IMG/VR virus record: IMGVR_UViG_3300023083_000001
Coordinates: 1-64,000 of that record
Length of the DNA: 64,000 nt
Reading direction: 5' to 3' (one strand)
Below, piece by piece: positions 39,973 through 50,132 of this stretch (within the stretch, counting starts at the first letter, position 1; each line of letters starts with the position of its first letter). The notes under the pieces are model-generated. The model saw only the letters and a program-made list of their open reading frames with translations. It ran no database searches and had not been told where the DNA came from. Position numbers and translations under genes: made by a program.

Positions 39973-40782
39973 ATGACTAAAGCTAAAGATAAAGAGACCA
40001 AAGCAGCGGCCGCTAAAGACACTAAAGATGTCAAAGACACCTCTGTCGAAGATCTCAAAGAGCAAAACAAAGACGCCGTTGGTACTGCCGCTGCACCAAA
40101 GCCACCTGAGCCTGGTAGCGTTGGCATGAACGATGGTTCCAAATCCAACGTCAACGAAGAACCTGGCATCGATACCAACGTCCGTGAAGGCGCTGGCATT
40201 GCTGACGGTAACGAGCGTATCGGTCTGAACGACGGTACTGTTGGTACTCGTGATGACCTGGCTCCAGGTTCGACTGTTATCGGCGAAGGCAATGCTGCCG
40301 CTGGTACTCCTGACGACCGCGAACCAGAACCTGTTGCACGTGAAGGCCTGTCGCCTGCGGAGCTGAACCCTACGCCATCGACTGACCCTGCGATCAACAG
40401 TCTGTTCGGCGGTAACCAAGCACCATCGCCAACTCTCGACAACGTGCCGGCTGGCACTACGGTCGGTGACGAAGCACCTGGAATGACGCCAGAAGATGAG
40501 CGCCTGGTCGGTGTTCCTACCGATTTGATGGTACCTCTGAAAGCAACCATGGACCGTATCACTGTTGCTCGTGATCTGGGTCATGCCGAAGCTGCTGACC
40601 GGGCCATCAAAGACCTGTACGAAGCGCTCGGACCTGTCGATGCCGGTCAGGCTTCGGCACTGCGTGATTGGGCGAACGAACAGCGTGACGGTCTGGCCAA
40701 AGACAACGAGAAGGCTGCAAAGAAAGCTGCTCGTGATCGTCTGAAGGCTCAAGAGGCTCAGGAAGAAGCCAACAAGAAGTAA
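39973..40782 (+). CDS. low-complexity acidic Pro/Gly/Thr-rich protein
   Basis: AAGGA RBS; disordered core with charged helical ends. Confidence 0.75.
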   Translation: MTKAKDKETKAAAAKDTKDVKDTSVEDLKEQNKDAVGTAAAPKPPEPGSVGMNDGSKSNVNEEPGIDTNVREGAGIADGNERIGLNDGTVGTRDDLAPGSTVIGEGNAAAGTPDDREPEPVAREGLSPAELNPTPSTDPAINSLFGGNQAPSPTLDNVPAGTTVGDEAPGMTPEDERLVGVPTDLMVPLKATMDRITVARDLGHAEAADRAIKDLYEALGPVDAGQASALRDWANEQRDGLAKDNEKAAKKAARDRLKAQEAQEEANKK

Positions 40783-40891
40783 TAGTGTCAGTAGCCGCCC
40801 TACGGGGCGGCTGTCTTATGCTTGCTTAAAATAATACCTGGTGTAGGAATCAGATAGTCAAATAAAACAGCATATCGCAAGGACGTTATCA

Positions 40892-41260
40892 ATGAAGCAC
40901 TTCTTGATCGCACTGTTGTTAATGGTGGTGGCATTACCAGCACTGTCGGCAGATAACATCTCCACAGTCGATGATGCCAAGACTCGTAAGAACACCCCGG
41001 ACGACTGCCTGCGTGTAGTCGAGAATGGTAAACAGGTAATCAAGCTGCGGGACGACGGCGTAGGACTCGCTACCGTTACTGCATCGATGTTGCGCAAGAA
41101 CCTGCTGCAAGATGATCAGTACCGTACCACGTTGCCTCTGCTGCTGAACTTTGCATCACAGGCGTATGGGCGCGGGAAGTTACTGCCAGGTAAGGATTTG
41201 GTCACCGCGTTGAATATGACTTGTCATAGTGAGACTAACGGTGAATGGGTCTACTTCTAA
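40892..41260 (+). CDS. secreted two-cysteine protein, paralog B
   Basis: Signal peptide; TPDDC...RDDGV...YRTTL...AY...TC. Confidence 0.7.
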   Translation: MKHFLIALLLMVVALPALSADNISTVDDAKTRKNTPDDCLRVVENGKQVIKLRDDGVGLATVTASMLRKNLLQDDQYRTTLPLLLNFASQAYGRGKLLPGKDLVTALNMTCHSETNGEWVYF

Positions 41261-41327
41261 CCACGATTCCTAATCATCGATATCGGTACGCCGATATCGA
41301 TGTGTCTATGTCCATTGGAGGATACCC

Positions 41328-41990
41328 ATGAAAGAAGGTAAGCAACAACGTAAGTACCAGATTAAGGTCACAACCACCTCCGGTGTCGATAAGGTCTTTC
41401 ACACGCACAACCATTTGCGTGAGAACAAGGTCTTCGAACACACCGAGTTGGTTGACATCCTCCACCAAGCGTCGACATTTGCGGCAGAAACGCACATGAC
41501 CGACCCTATCGTTAAACTTGTCGAAACCAGCATGGCGGCGACTGACTCCGAGATGCTGGTAGTGCCCACTAGCCTGCTGACCGGCGTTGCTCTCGATTAC
41601 GCTGTAGCGCAAGCACTCAATTGGGTAGAGCCGTTCCACAGTAGAGGCGACATCATGGTACTCGAAAGTGGGCAACATATCGAGTACCAGTGTCCAAATC
41701 CAAACGACACCGATGAACCGTTGACGTGGGATCATACGGCCGTTTGGAACCCATCGACCAATATGGCTCTGGCCGCCAGGTTGATGAAGATCTACAAAAT
41801 CTCCGTAACCCCGTCGACTGTAGAAGTCCAAAGTCCCAACATCATAGCGGGCTACAAACCCACTGATTTCCATCCCGAAATCAAAATTGAAGCGGAGACC
41901 TACGAGCGAGCGATCTGCCTGGTGGTGGTGATGTCTATCAACGGCCCAAGCACTGTAATCCCTGCGCAGTTGGAATCGTCATTGGTCTGA
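41328..41990 (+). CDS. NinX-family (DUF2591) phage protein
   Basis: LTGVALDYAVAQA, WNPSTN..LA..LM....ISV, AIC..VV. Confidence 0.7.
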   Translation: MKEGKQQRKYQIKVTTTSGVDKVFHTHNHLRENKVFEHTELVDILHQASTFAAETHMTDPIVKLVETSMAATDSEMLVVPTSLLTGVALDYAVAQALNWVEPFHSRGDIMVLESGQHIEYQCPNPNDTDEPLTWDHTAVWNPSTNMALAARLMKIYKISVTPSTVEVQSPNIIAGYKPTDFHPEIKIEAETYERAICLVVVMSINGPSTVIPAQLESSLV

Positions 41991-42016
41991 TTCGACCAAC
42001 AAGAAGGTATCGGGTA

Positions 42017-43087
42017 ATGAAGGCTGATCTGCTCTATTTGGGTTTTGAAAACGCTGTGGCTCATGCACGCAACTTGGGTAAGGTTGCTAACTATCTGGAA
42101 GCCGTTCGCCTGGCTACCGGGTACGTGGTCATGAATCCTGCGTTGTTTGCCGATGGGTTTACGTGCGGCTACATCGGTGTGGATTCCCGGCGTGCCATCG
42201 TGTGGCGTGGGATCAATGGTTGGGTCTGCATCCATGAGAGTCTGGAAGGTGTGTTAGAACTTGCACTAGACGACCAGTATCAAGTGGCGTTGGATAAAGC
42301 AGGTTCGGATGTTCGTGACTATACCCGTTTGATCATGAACATCATGGCCGGTGGTCTGCCCTTCGATACGCTGCTGGTCCTGCTCGATGCCAGCCTGGGT
42401 GATCCTACGATCCTTGAGAACAAGTTGCGTCCTCTGAGCGATGGGTTACGTGATGTGTTTGACGTCCTGGAAGCTCAGCTGGAGCGTTCTAACGTCGGTG
42501 ACCCATTACTACGTCGCCGCGTGGAAGAAGAGCTTGCAGGCGCTGTGAGTACGTTCTACACCGACCTATCGTCGGACGTTCAGCTGCGCATCTTTAATCA
42601 GGTGGCTACGCTGATCGAAGACGATCGTCGGTTTAACTCGTTAACCCGTCTGCAAGCGTTCCAGGACAAGAAGTCTACCGCTGTCTCCATGGAAGACGTT
42701 GCATCCCTGTTGGCCTGGATTCTGGAATACGCGTATCACCATTCGGTTCTCATCCCGATGTGGGATGCGGTGATCGCTCCACCTGATGCGCAATACATTC
42801 CGTTACCGGATGCCAGTATTCGTACCGTCGGTGTGATGAGTCAATTAGGTAAGCTGCAACGTACTGACCCTGACTTCTCCACTAAAGTTCAAGCCATCAT
42901 GGATGTCGTCCAACTGGACAGTCGCTTTGGTGACTTCTACAACGACCATCCTGGCATGAACCTGTGGCGTGCCATGTACGATCGAGTACTGGGTATGGAA
43001 GGTGATGACGCAGCGAACGATCGTCTGTCGTGGCCTCTTTATCAGCTGTTGTTGCAATACGCGATCAAACACGAGATCGTGCATTAA
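42017..43087 (+). CDS. hypothetical helical protein (possible virion protein)
   Basis: 356-aa ORF with SLE/SME motifs and an internal D.RF...L..A..H repeat. Confidence 0.6.
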   Translation: MKADLLYLGFENAVAHARNLGKVANYLEAVRLATGYVVMNPALFADGFTCGYIGVDSRRAIVWRGINGWVCIHESLEGVLELALDDQYQVALDKAGSDVRDYTRLIMNIMAGGLPFDTLLVLLDASLGDPTILENKLRPLSDGLRDVFDVLEAQLERSNVGDPLLRRRVEEELAGAVSTFYTDLSSDVQLRIFNQVATLIEDDRRFNSLTRLQAFQDKKSTAVSMEDVASLLAWILEYAYHHSVLIPMWDAVIAPPDAQYIPLPDASIRTVGVMSQLGKLQRTDPDFSTKVQAIMDVVQLDSRFGDFYNDHPGMNLWRAMYDRVLGMEGDDAANDRLSWPLYQLLLQYAIKHEIVH

Positions 43088-43089
43088 TG

Positions 43090-43122
43090 ACATACAGCCC
43101 GGCTCAATGCCGGGCTGTATGC
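43090..43122. repeat. dispersed CATA-GC hairpin-TATG element
   Basis: ACATACAGCCCGGCTCAATGCCGGGCTGTATGC; followed by early promoter motif at 43137-43164. Confidence 0.85.
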
Positions 43123-43195
43123 TGTCTAGTCCAGTTAATTACAGTCACACATTCTTAGATTGAACAACATCCCTAATGTCCGTGGAGGACACGAA

Positions 43196-43543
43196 ATGAA
43201 ATACCTGCTTCTTGCTCTCGCTTTGATTACTGGCTCTGCGCAGGCAAGTCTCCAATCCCAACCAGCACCTCAGGTAGAGATTACCGATGAGGATTGTGAT
43301 ACGTTCAAACAAGTGTCTCACGACGCCGTTCTGTTTCGCAACGATGGCACCGCCGTACAAGTGGTTAAAGACACCATCGTCACCAACACCCTCAATGAAA
43401 CAACCGAGTACAAGAAACTGTTACCCCGGATGTTCTCGTTGGTTGATAAAGCTTACTCGGACAAAACCAGCACTCCTGATAAAGAGTCTGAAGATACGTA
43501 CATGAAATGCATGGACCACGTTTACGCCGGTACCGACTTCTGA
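43196..43543 (+). CDS. secreted two-cysteine protein, paralog C
   Basis: GGAGG RBS; signal peptide (AQA|S); TDEDC...RNDGT...YKKLL...AY...YMKCM. Confidence 0.7.
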   Translation: MKYLLLALALITGSAQASLQSQPAPQVEITDEDCDTFKQVSHDAVLFRNDGTAVQVVKDTIVTNTLNETTEYKKLLPRMFSLVDKAYSDKTSTPDKESEDTYMKCMDHVYAGTDF

Positions 43544-43910
43544 CACCCTCCTCCCTTCGGGGAGGACTCACCCTTCTTTTTTTGTTAATTCTTACCTGCT
43601 GTCGTATTCGTATACACCTACTTACGAGTACAGGTAATGAATCTTTCAAAGATAGAAGTGACTCAAGAAATTGAGGCCGCTATACAAAGAGCTATGCTCC
43701 AAGACACATTGGCTAAGGCCGTTGCTGCGATCTCGCTGTGGGAACACTTACGACTGTGTCGCGAGATCCGTGACGGTATCCCGGTTACTTCTAACTTCTT
43801 GTACCTGGTCCAGCGTGTGATTCAGGAATACATCTGGGTATCTCCTAGCGATGCCAAGCTGTTTCCAGACGAGACCACCATTCACCTACCTAAAATGGAC
43901 TGATCAACTT

Positions 43911-43938
43911 TATTTGGGTCCTACATTACCGGCTTGAG
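43911..43938 (+). promoter_or_regulatory. putative phage early promoter
   Basis: TATTTGGGTCC-TACATTAC-N5-TGAG. Confidence 0.6.
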
Positions 43939-45585
43939 TTATACCTAGTCCGATATGGAGATCTGAACAATGAACATCAGTCCTATCTTGCGTCAACTGA
44001 GTCTGTGTCTGGTCATCGCCGTAGCGCTGATTGGTATCGTCTTGATGGCTAAGGATTCCCGCCCTTCTGACTTAGGTCAGCAAATCGGCGGACAGATTCG
44101 CGCATTCAATAAATAGAGGTTTTTCAATGCCAGCTATTAAAGCATTCAAACGTCATCCGTCCATTCACAGCATCATGTACCTCACTGACCCAACCAACGC
44201 GGTAATCTTGCGTGAAATTGAAGACAAGCAAGGGAACAAGAAGTGGGTACCGTGCCGTACTGAAGGCTATCCTAGCTGGAAGCATCGTTTCAAATGCGCC
44301 TGGCTGGTCTTTACTGGTCGGGCTGACGCATTGACTTGGCCCGAGGATCAATAATGATCGTTGTAAAGACTCGCAAAGAACTGACACGGCTCATTTCCAA
44401 CTTCAGCGTTGAAATTCTGGAGTTCGGTGATGTTATCAAGGCGACTGGGAAATTAGGGTCGTTTGAATTCAGCTCCGAGTCTCACTTTGGTGGACCTGGT
44501 ACCGCTGGTGGAATGGCTTCTATTCGTGATCGGGTAGCTGATTGCTTCTCGGAGATCGTTGATGGGGTGATGGAAGCCTTGCTTGACCGCGGCGAAACCA
44601 TTACCTATAACGGCGAGGAATTGAAATGGGAGGATGTCCCGCCCGCCCAACCTCCTGTTGCACTTTCCGTGGTTAAGACCCAACCAAACACTGAATGGGA
44701 GATAACGCCAATACGCAATCGCGCACCCTTCAAGATCGAAGTAACTCTTTTGGGCGTTAATTCGTTCCACGTGTTGACTACGTCGATCTTCGGTACCCCG
44801 GTGGACAGGCCAGCCTTACGTCCTTATGCCCATCAGGCGATTGAGATTATTGATCAACTGCCAACTACGTTGACTGACGGTTATCGTAGTCAGTTGATCA
44901 TCGACAACATCAACGCACATTTTGAAGGCACCGAGTACTTCCAAGGTGTCGTCATTAAAGATCTTCGAGAAAACGTATGACCAACGTCAGCACGATCGAC
45001 TCACCGCTCAACAACATGCGTCGTTCGGCGATAGCAGTTGAGCAACGATACCAGAACATGCTCGGTGCACTGCAACAAACGATTGTACTCGAGCCTAATC
45101 ACCTGGTGTTTCATCTGGCTGCACATTTGCTGGGCCAATACTTAGGTATAGCTAGCAAACATTGGGTAGCGGCTACCGACTTCCGATTAAAGATCGAAGA
45201 CCCTGAGGATTACGGGGTGACTGTTAACAGCATCCTACTGGGTCAGGAAAAGAAGCTGGTTGTGGAGTTCACTTCAACTCAGTTGGGCGCTGCGTACATT
45301 GGCCCTACAACGCCCTGGGGCGACATCATCGCTATTCGTGACCACTGGACGACTAAGTACGCCGAAGTTGTTCAACCGATGTCGATGTTCATCTACGCCG
45401 CCATTCAGTACTTTGAGATGCATGGGTGGCGGCTAGTGCAAAATAAAGCTGTACCGGGTGATGAGAAGTTCGACTGGGTCTGGTTAGATCCTAGCCGCAC
45501 GTACCTCATCACGATGAAGATTAATTACAGCACTCTACATGAAGATGGCGAGATGCTCAAACCACGAGTGAGTGAGTAGATACAC

Positions 45586-45756
45586 ATGGCTATTAAACTG
45601 AGTCGTTCGTTCTTGAAAATAGCGCTCGGCGTTATCGCTGCTGCGTTCCTTACCCTCAATGTGTGGTACAGCTTTACTACGGTCGAACAAAGTGACCGTG
45701 CTGCCGTCGTAATGGGCGGTGTACCACCGATTGCCAAACAACCCACCAAAGAGTAG
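45586..45756 (+). CDS. truncated SPFH N-terminal paralog (56 aa, not in ORF track)
   Basis: MAIKLSRSFLKIALGVIAAAFLTLNVWYSFTTVEQSDRAAVVMGG aligns with the start of the downstream SPFH gene. Confidence 0.6.
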   Translation: MAIKLSRSFLKIALGVIAAAFLTLNVWYSFTTVEQSDRAAVVMGGVPPIAKQPTKE

Positions 45757-45765
45757 TAGACACAC

Positions 45766-46641
45766 ATGGAAATTCGTGAAACTCGTTCGTACTTCAAACC
45801 CGTGATCCTTTCGGTGCTGGCGTTGATTATCCTCGTCGTTCTGTTGAGTAGTTTCTACAGTGTCGAGGAACAAAACCGCGGCATCGTCCTGAGCGGCGGC
45901 GCTTACACCGAGACGGTAGCACCCGGTCTTCACATGAAGATCCCGTTCTACCAAAAAGTTAAGATGCTGAGCACTCAGACTTGGACCGATACTTACCCCA
46001 AGCTTGAAGCTTACAGCAAAGACCGTCAAACAGCGACCATGCGGGTTTCCGTTACTTGGGCGCCGGTGTCTGACAAATTGGTTGATTTGTATCGGGACGT
46101 ACTGGATCTTCAGAACGTGACGGATCGGTATATCACCCCGTCAGTACCAACCCAGGTGGAAATCACCTTTGGTAAGTTCGAAGCTGAAACCTTCTCGGCT
46201 GATCGCGATAAGTTTGCACTGGCGTTGACGAACAACATCCGTGCGTTGGCCCCTCCATATATCAAGATCGCTTCGGTTCAGGTGGAGAACGTTGACTTCA
46301 CTCCGGCTTACGAGAAGGCGTCTGAAGATCGCGCTGTGGCCGAGGTGGCGTCTAAGACGATTGTCCATCTGGAAGCCAAGCGTGTCGTAGAGCAGCGGAT
46401 CCAAGTAGCTCAGGCTAAAGCCGATGCTGAATCACAGTTGGCTAAAGCTAAAGCAGAAGCTGAAGGTATTGCGGTACGTGGTAAGGCTGAAGCTGAAGGC
46501 ATCTCTGCCAAAGGCGCTGCGTTGCGTGATAACCCGATGTTGGTCGAACTGGCTAAGGCAGACAAGTGGAACGGCGTATTGCCTACTACCGTCCTCCCTG
46601 GCAACGCTACACCTTTCATCAGCCAGTCACTCGGTAAGTAA
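45766..46641 (+). CDS. SPFH/band 7 (prohibitin-family) membrane protein
   Basis: TM anchor, PGLHMKIPFYQKV, SKDRQ, VQVENVDF, AKAEAE coiled coil, KWNGVLP. Confidence 0.9.
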   Translation: MEIRETRSYFKPVILSVLALIILVVLLSSFYSVEEQNRGIVLSGGAYTETVAPGLHMKIPFYQKVKMLSTQTWTDTYPKLEAYSKDRQTATMRVSVTWAPVSDKLVDLYRDVLDLQNVTDRYITPSVPTQVEITFGKFEAETFSADRDKFALALTNNIRALAPPYIKIASVQVENVDFTPAYEKASEDRAVAEVASKTIVHLEAKRVVEQRIQVAQAKADAESQLAKAKAEAEGIAVRGKAEAEGISAKGAALRDNPMLVELAKADKWNGVLPTTVLPGNATPFISQSLGK

Positions 46642-46736
46642 GTAACACCCCCCCCCCTGTCCAATGACTGGGGGGTCTAAACGCCACCTAGGTGACATCA
46701 CTGTAGTAATGCTACCAACGTAGCGAGGAGTTTCCC

Positions 46737-47135
46737 ATGGAAACTGTAGAAATTGTAGAAGTAAAAGAACTGACCTTGCGTCAGATGCGGGCGTTGTCTT
46801 GCCTGCATATTTTGCAACAACTGGCAGTTCAGAAACGCACAGTCCCCTACGAGGCCATGGCAGTGATTCTTGGTTTGCCTCATAAAGGCCAGGCGATGGT
46901 GGGAGCGATCTCACAGGTGCTGTATGACGTGTTCGATCATTGTCGGATGACAGGTCACCCACACTTGACTGTGCTGGTAGTGCGCAAGTCTGGTAAGGAC
47001 GTGGGGTTGCCAGGCCCTGGGTTTTGGAAAGTTTGGGCTAAAGATGGGGCGATCCCGGACTTCCATACTCGGGTAGAGCAGACCGAGTTGATGACCGGTA
47101 TGTGCTACCGCCTCTACGATCATCTCGGCAAGTAA
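46737..47135 (+). CDS. winged-helix-like protein, paralog of 26124 and 27901 genes
   Basis: RTVPYEAMA..LG...HC...GHPHLTVLVVRKSG...GLPGPGFW. Confidence 0.65.
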   Translation: METVEIVEVKELTLRQMRALSCLHILQQLAVQKRTVPYEAMAVILGLPHKGQAMVGAISQVLYDVFDHCRMTGHPHLTVLVVRKSGKDVGLPGPGFWKVWAKDGAIPDFHTRVEQTELMTGMCYRLYDHLGK

Positions 47136-48340
47136 CATCTAACGGGTGGGGTAATTCCCACCTGTTGTTTTATTTTTTATTTAACCAGATGGATTTTATT
47201 TATGAGAACTAAAATCGATTGGCCTGATACCAGTCGTGAGTTAGACGGTATGGACAGGTTCTGCGGAGGTCCTTCTCACGAGGACTATGATGCGGCTACT
47301 TACTACGGCTGGATTAAGCCTTTAGTAAACCGGGCGATTCACAATCTCGAACAAGAGATCGACCAACTCAGGTTTGAAGTCCAGAAATTGGTTGAAGCTA
47401 AACCAAGGCTTCGTTTCCACCCCGAACTACAGTTGTGGTACGTGGTGTCAAAGGAGAATCAAAGTGGCTGCTAGAGGTATCGCATTAATCATTGTCGGGC
47501 AGCTAGGTGGAAACGTCTGGCCTCTCAACGTAGAGATCACCTCTGAGACGAACAACCTGGACGTACGCAACCGTTCGGTGATGTTCTTCCCCGAGATCTC
47601 GGACTACCCGACATTGGTTGAAAAAGAGTTATTGTTCCGAGCAGAAGTACCGAAACTGTGGTACGTACTTCGCAGTAAGCCACCCGCTACTAAAGATGGG
47701 TTGGAAGTTTGGCAACCAGATATTCCGATCGAAGAACCAAAACCTGTTGAGATTCTGTTCCACAACGTCGGCTCTTACAAAGGTGCTTATGGTGAGTATG
47801 ATGTCATCATCATGGAACCGACCGGCGTTGAAGTGATGTACAAAAACCGCAACACTGTATTGGGTGGCCGCACCCTACCCCAAATAGCGTTCGATGACCT
47901 GGATCTAGATCTGAGTCAAATGTTGTTGGACGCATGGAAACGTTTTCAATAAACCAAAAAGGAAGCAGTACGATGTCGAAGATCCCTTTGAGTAAAGCAG
48001 TAGGTCAGATCCAGGACACGTTTAACAAGGTAGGTGTTACCACGTATAGCCGCTACATCAAGGGCGAACACTTGACCTTCTTCACCGAAGGTCTGAAGAC
48101 CCGTGGTTGGCCTGAGTTGATGATAGATCACAGTAGTCAGCTTCTTGCTGATCTGACCATCGCCACTGTTCTGGAAGAATGGGAACGCCGTGGTGGTCCA
48201 TTCACCGGCGATGCTGAATACACAGTCAGCAAGAACATCCTCAATCTGAAGTCAGAGTACAGCACGCATTTGGGGATCAAGTACATCAAGGTGTCGCTGA
48301 TCCCCAAAGCGCAGTTGATGAAGAAAACTGGGTAACGACG

Positions 48341-48377
48341 GCATACAGCCCCGGCACTGCCGGGGCTGTAGTTATGC
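48341..48377. terminator. CATA-hairpin-TATG element between convergent genes
   Basis: GCATACAGCCCCGGCACTGCCGGGGCTGTAGTTATGC. Confidence 0.7.
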
Positions 48378-48917
48378 TTACGCTGGATCGAACCCATTCA
48401 TGACCAGAACGGTGACTACGTTACCCAACGGGATGTCGGTGTCAGGTGTGGTCAACTGGATGTTCAGCGGATTGCCGACATACAACGAACTGTTGGCAAG
48501 TGGCGTCACTGTCACGGAGACAGATGTATCGTCTTCGTTAGCGGGCAAACCAATGTCACCCCCACCTACCGCTGTTACAGTGATCTGAGATTCCATCAGA
48601 CCCAACGCAGCTGCCACTTTGGTCTTACGCTGCGCTTGAGTGTCAGCCGGGAAAATCGAGATCGAAGCTGGCAGTGGGTTCACACCTTGGTTCACGCCAA
48701 GTCGGTTGTATTTGATTGTTACACTTTGCGAGTAACCCATGTTAGCTTTTGCTGTCACGGTTACTTGACTGTTCTTACCACTCGCATCACCAGTGAGTGC
48801 CTGTACAGGACCTACTGTGATCTTGTCCAAAGTCACCGTGGATGCAGCACTAGGGTTTGCATCGTGGATCAGCGCGAGCATGTTCTCCGCGATAGTCTTA
48901 CTGAGATTAATCTTCAT
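48378..48917 (-). CDS. virion structural protein (phiKZ-type repeated tail/baseplate module)
   Basis: L.LI...NP...NSQVTVTA...GY..SVTI.Y.RL module shared with the neighbour. Confidence 0.7.
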   Translation of the reverse strand: MKINLSKTIAENMLALIHDANPSAASTVTLDKITVGPVQALTGDASGKNSQVTVTAKANMGYSQSVTIKYNRLGVNQGVNPLPASISIFPADTQAQRKTKVAAALGLMESQITVTAVGGGDIGLPANEDDTSVSVTVTPLANSSLYVGNPLNIQLTTPDTDIPLGNVVTVLVMNGFDPA

Positions 48918-48932
48918 TAAAGTATTCCTCGT

Positions 48933-50132
48933 TTAGGCAACCAAGCCTTTTATCTGCGTGGAGTTATTTCCTGCAATAAACGTGACGGTCTTGCCGTTCA
49001 AGTTAATCGCCTTCCCAGCAGCACCGCCTGGGAAGTTGGTAATGGTGGTTGAGCCAGCCGTTCCAAACGTGGCCACTCCCGCAGTACCCGCAGCGCCTGG
49101 CGCGCCGCCGTTACCACCTTTACTGTTCTGCGTCGTATTGCCAGTGTTCGTACAGACTGCACCGTTCCCGCCTGCTGTGGATGTCCCTACCGTGGGTTGA
49201 CTGGTTACTGTACCAACTGTCATGACTGCGGTCCCTGTACCTATGGGACCTGCGGAGACGCCTGAACCGCCGCCACCGGCCGCACGCAAATACCCTGACC
49301 CTAGTCCGGCAAGACCAGGCCAGCTTTGAGCACAACCACCGCCACCACCGCCACCACCGAATGTTTTCCCGGTACCGGTATCGTAACTGAAGTTCATTAG
49401 CGCATTGATTGCATCTCCACCGGGTAGGCCCGGTCCTGTGTAAGGACCACCTTGTCCGCCCATCCCCTGGATAGTACCTTTGTTAATCAGCGTCATTACT
49501 GACCCTGTTGGTAATACCCCGATGGTTAAAGCAGGGCTTGAAGTAGACGTGCTACCGATCACACCAGTGATAGTCAGTCTATAATCAGCGATCGCAGTTG
49601 GCGAGTTCAGCAGAGTTAAAGTATTGAGGTTGTTACCGATACCTGAATACGTTACTTCTACGATAGGAAGTGTCATTTTCAGCGTAACTGTTTTACTGGC
49701 TGTTGTTAGGAACAGCTTCGAATTGTTCTTGGCGGCAATGGTCACGTTGACTGTTTGATTAGTCAGGGTGGGTAATGTAATTGGTACGCCTGCGTTGATA
49801 ATGAACTCTGAAGAGAGCACACCCATTGCAGCGACCAATCTCGCTGTCACCGCAGCGATCGTATCAGCTTCTGCAACCACCCAGGTATCTGCCATTGCAG
49901 GAAAAGCCTGAGCGAACGATAATCGTCTGTACGCTATCGTGACACTGTCCCGGTAGCCTTTGTTCTTTATAGCCGTCACAGTGATCTTACTGTTGCTGAC
50001 TCCAGAGGGGTCAGTGAAAGCAACCGGATCACCAAATGTCACAAGTTGATCAGTCATGGGTTTTGTAGGATTTACTTCATTCATGAGAAGAAGTAAGTTC
50101 GGGACTACAGCCTTGGTCGGATCGATCTTCAT
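48933..50132 (-). CDS. tail fibre/adhesin with glycine-rich gp38-like C-terminus
   Basis: Same N-terminal module plus IQGMGGQGG, GGDAI, GGGGGGGG, GGNGGAPGAAG, GGAAGKAI motifs. Confidence 0.7.
   Translation of the reverse strand: MKIDPTKAVVPNLLLLMNEVNPTKPMTDQLVTFGDPVAFTDPSGVSNSKITVTAIKNKGYRDSVTIAYRRLSFAQAFPAMADTWVVAEADTIAAVTARLVAAMGVLSSEFIINAGVPITLPTLTNQTVNVTIAAKNNSKLFLTTASKTVTLKMTLPIVEVTYSGIGNNLNTLTLLNSPTAIADYRLTITGVIGSTSTSSPALTIGVLPTGSVMTLINKGTIQGMGGQGGPYTGPGLPGGDAINALMNFSYDTGTGKTFGGGGGGGGCAQSWPGLAGLGSGYLRAAGGGGSGVSAGPIGTGTAVMTVGTVTSQPTVGTSTAGGNGAVCTNTGNTTQNSKGGNGGAPGAAGTAGVATFGTAGSTTITNFPGGAAGKAINLNGKTVTFIAGNNSTQIKGLVA

Noticed and set aside
46648-46657. C10 homopolymer as a phase-variation tract
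   Set aside because: Intergenic and forms one arm of a hairpin with the G-run at 46670; could be slippage or sequencing noise
7181-48377. CRISPR array interpretation of the palindromic repeats
   Set aside because: Copies are kilobases apart with no regular spacers and no cas genes
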